Assembly: GCA_950097015.1 (NCBI GenBank)
Contig: CATNEN010000034.1
Coordinates: 5,518,001 to 5,582,000, forward strand
Direction: 5' to 3'
DNA length: 64,000 nucleotides
DNA from: Macrostomum hystrix
Lineage: Eukaryota > Animalia > Platyhelminthes
The notes under the pieces are model-generated. The model saw only the letters and a list, made by a program, of their open reading frames with translations. It was not told the DNA's origin and searched no databases. This document shows, one piece after another, positions 62,164 to 64,000 of this stretch (positions within the stretch are counted from its first letter, which is position 1; the number at the start of each line of letters is the position of its first letter). The position numbers and the translations under genes were made by a program.

Positions 62164-64000
62164 AATGTGTTCGGATTACGTTACATGCAGAACTTTGTAT
62201 TGAAACTTAAAAAGTATTGAAACGGATTTAGCTTTATTTAATTTCTCTCCAAAGAAAAACTCATAAAGGAACGATAAGTGTCCCAAACTGGCTTCACACG
62301 AAGCCAAAGCAACGAACTCACCGCCCTCGAATCTTATTCCCTAATTAAGCAATGCTCGCAAAGACAGATTAATAAGAAACTTTATGTCAAACAATTTAGC
62401 CGAGCCGATCCACTCAGCCGTTTCTCAATTTAGAAATGCTGCGTCATTCGATCCAAACAACCTTCAGAGATTGACAAGCTTCCCAACTTGCTGCAAGCTA
62501 ATACCCTGCTTGTCTCTTTGGATATTGTGTTTCCGCTTGGCCGTCAAAATAAATCCGCCTTAGGTCCGAACCCGCGCTCTCAGCGGTGCAGCCCAGAGTG
62601 TGGAAGTCAATTAATTTTCTGCAACTTTTACTCAGTCTCTCAGAGCCTCACATTACACTCATTTCACTAACCTCGATCAGCCCCTGAATCTGAGAACCCC
62701 CTAGGGATGAAAGACTCAATCCCAGCAGGGTAATTCCACGCACACGGGAAGCGCTGGTAAACACAGCAACCCGGGCCGCTCTGGCGGGGGATTCACAGAC
62801 ACGGATGCATTAAGCTGAGCTTGTCGCTTGGCAAGGCTAACAATGGAGCGGAAGGCTAACACGGAGCAAAGTTTACCAGCCCGAAAGCATTGCGGGAAAA
62901 GTTTTACTCTGGGTGCTTGCTGGAAGCACTGATAGCGAGTAGCTGTCGCTGTCGTTGATGAGCACGTCATCTACCTGAAACAAGGACGCAGATTCAGGTG
63001 GGTTTTCCGTGCTAAGTGGATACTGGAGAGGGACAGAAGACGATCCAAGGGTGTAATGAATGAGCTCCAACTCCCTGCAAAATGAGAAGCGAGACAATAC
63101 TCATTGCTCATATAGGCGGGAAAGAGAAAGGCCAATTACGGCTGTCTCAGGGATCTTCCCATCGCATAGTAGCTAGAGTCCTTCTAGGTCCTTCTAAGCC
63201 TCACAAAATCCACCTTGTCTGCATCCGCGAATTCAGTTCTATCTTTAATTAATTCAGAAAAAAACAGGAAACGCAAAAAAGCAATAGTGTTCTCGGTTTT
63301 TTTGGTCAACCCAGAGCTCTCCTGCTACGCTTCAAAGTTATGAGCATTTAGATAGGTCGCTGGTTTTAATGCGGACGACACTTTTTTTAGACGCAACTAC
63401 TGTAAAATACTTTCTTTCTGTATTTATCTTTTTTTATTAGCCAACAGACTAGCAGAAAGAAACTTTCAGTTGGAAGTGCTTATCCATAACCGGGGAACTC
63501 TGCCCGAGTTTTTGTCCTTCAAAATATCAGCAGCGATGGAACACAAATAGTGAAGTCGGGTTACGGGCGCTAAAAATCGACATTTTTTGCTCAAAAAGTT
63601 GGGCGACATAAGCAACATTAATCTAACCGAATGCATCTGTTGAGCTTGATTTTGATTTCTGCCTTTGTTTTAAGTCCCCGACTTTCTAGTTTCTGTCATC
63701 TGCGCTAATATTACTTTTTAACTACTGGGCGTAAATAAAAATAGGTTATGCATGTAATGATCCAGTCTGTGGATCTATAAAAGATCCCACTTACTTTCGA
63801 ACCGAACCGAAAAGTCAGATTCAGTGATTTGAACATCTCGGGACGGGATATTCGGCCTTACTTTTACTTATTGTATGGCCTGGACGTAGATGAGGACTTA
63901 ATTACTCTGGAATTGGGTCTCAGGGATTCTCGTTTCCGCTTAAGTAGCGATTGAATCTGTGCCTCTTGCCAGACTCCTTGATGGGCATTCGTCGGAATGA

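Overview
Eukaryotic (animal) genomic DNA: GC-rich spliced exons, short introns, AT-rich intergenic DNA and many minisatellites. Composition and gene content suggest a lophotrochozoan invertebrate, possibly a free-living flatworm such as Macrostomum; that is inference only. Supported genes, left to right: a truncated poly-Q C-terminus, troponin I with a long E/R-rich N-terminal extension (8 coding exons including a 10-nt microexon), an IGF2BP/Imp-like RRM+4xKH protein, an LKB1/STK11-like kinase (needs a GC-AG intron), a tandem pair of intronless secreted proteins of unknown family, a possible peptide-precursor exon, an MCTP-like C2/transmembrane gene and an intronless FMRFamide-receptor-like GPCR. 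Mobile DNA: a Merlin/IS1595 deletion derivative, a MITE with long TIRs, a 5'-truncated LINE and several tRNA-derived SINE families with target-site duplications (TSDs). There are six minisatellite arrays. The best candidate for an undescribed system is the secreted pair at 34.8-41.0 kb: a conserved unknown N-terminal domain, a coiled-coil stalk present in only one paralog, and a Cys-containing C-terminal module. All family assignments come from motif recognition by eye; no searches were run.
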